NCBI GenBank assembly: GCA_028534125.1
Contig: CM052832.1
Location: 12,712,001 to 12,776,000 of the forward strand
Origin: Lama glama
Lineage: Eukaryota
Direction of reading: 5' to 3'
DNA: 64,000 nucleotides
Position 1 is the first letter of the stretch. Each line of letters begins with the position of its first letter. Below the pieces are notes generated by a model, which saw only the letters and a list, made by a program, of their open reading frames with translations, was not told the origin of the DNA and searched no databases. Position numbers and translations under genes: made by a program. Positions 63,091-64,000 of the stretch are shown here, in pieces.

Positions 63091-63477
63091 AAGAGAAGGA
63101 GCGAGGAAGAGGTGTTTCTTTGGGGTTACTTTTGGTTCAGGTTTCATGGGACAAGGGTGAAAGAGGTCCAAACTCTTCAGGGTAGGAAAGCACACAGGCA
63201 TTCAAGCGTAGCCCTAGCTAGGAACATGAGCATGTCTGGTCTTATCAGAGTTTCTAAGAACCACAGCAGATGGCAGTTGGACAGGACATATACCCAGCTG
63301 ATGCAGATACCACAATGATGATGTACTGAAGTCTGTGGTGTTGGGAGTAGGAGGCATAAACAGTGACCCCAGTCACTCTCCATGATCAGTCCATGGAAAT
63401 CTAGAATACCAACTTATTTGAGCTTGCTCTAAAAATATTCTTTATCTAGAGTTAAGTATAAGAATCAAGAAACTCTC

Positions 63478-63599
63478 GGGGGAGGGTATAGCTCAGTGGT
63501 AGAGTGCATGCCTAGCATGCACAAGGTCCGGGGTTCAATTCCCAGTACCACCATTAAAATAAACAAATAAATAAAAACAGAAATTACCCCCCACCCAAA
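63478..63599 (+). mobile_element. Vic-1-like SINE
   Basis: GGGGGAGGGTATAGCTCAGTGGTAGAG head; perfect 18-bp TSD AAGAATCAAGAAACTCTC at 63460-63477 and 63600-63617. Confidence 0.93.
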
Positions 63600-64000
63600 A
63601 AGAATCAAGAAACTCTCAAGGGGAAGCTGCTCTGGTTAATGACACCACTCTGTATTCACACATGTGGTCTTCCCGTGGTAAGTTCTTGGAAGTATATCTG
63701 AAAAGTAAATCATAAAGTTATGGGGAGGATCCACTTTTTAGAGAGCCAAAATAACTCTCCTATCATTAAAAAAAAAAGAAGAAGAAAAAGAGGGGAGGCA
63801 TGAGAAAATTCTGCTGTGGAAAACAGTAACAAATAATCTGAATAACCTCCCACTGGGCCGTCAGGGATAGCCAGAGCTGCTCACGCCTGCTTCTTCTGAT
63901 GCTCCAGCGTGTATTCGTGTTCCTTCTCCAGGCCCTGTTGCCCTGCCTGGTGGCCAGGACTAGGCCAGCAAGTACTGGTCTTCCCCTTCATGATAACATG

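Noticed and set aside
62389..63160. 149-aa and 154-aa plus-strand ORFs
   Set aside because: Lie in pyrimidine-rich L2 remnants; low-complexity Ser/Pro/Leu composition and no splice or domain support.
1..64000. CRISPR arrays, operons or other prokaryote-type systems
   Set aside because: The sequence is clearly mammalian (spliceosomal introns, L1/L2/MIR/MaLR); no regularly spaced repeat-spacer array was seen.

Overview
Mammalian genomic DNA, most likely camelid: there are six copies of a Vic-1-like tRNA-derived SINE and I saw no Alu, Bov-A/tA or PRE-1 elements. The window holds the 5' ~84% of the cap-1 mRNA 2'-O-ribose methyltransferase gene CMTR1 (FTSJD2/ISG95) on the minus strand. I traced a probable non-coding exon 1 in a CpG island at ~47.6-48.2 kb and 19 coding exons (ATG at 45809 down to position 76). 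They splice in frame into 2105 nt (701 codons + 2 nt) with no stops. The last exons (WW domain) lie beyond the left edge. Notable points: a GC-AG intron after exon 16; an ISRE plus CRE, GC-box, NRF1 and ETS motifs at the promoter; a 15.3 kb intron 13 built from three-level nested L1 insertions with readable TSDs; and, upstream, a decayed hAT/Charlie transposase with recognisable catalytic-domain motifs. The remaining 48-64 kb is intergenic and repeat-rich. I found no convincing undescribed biological system. Residue numbers come from my own spliced translation; comparisons to human CMTR1 and repeat family names are from memory, not from database searches.
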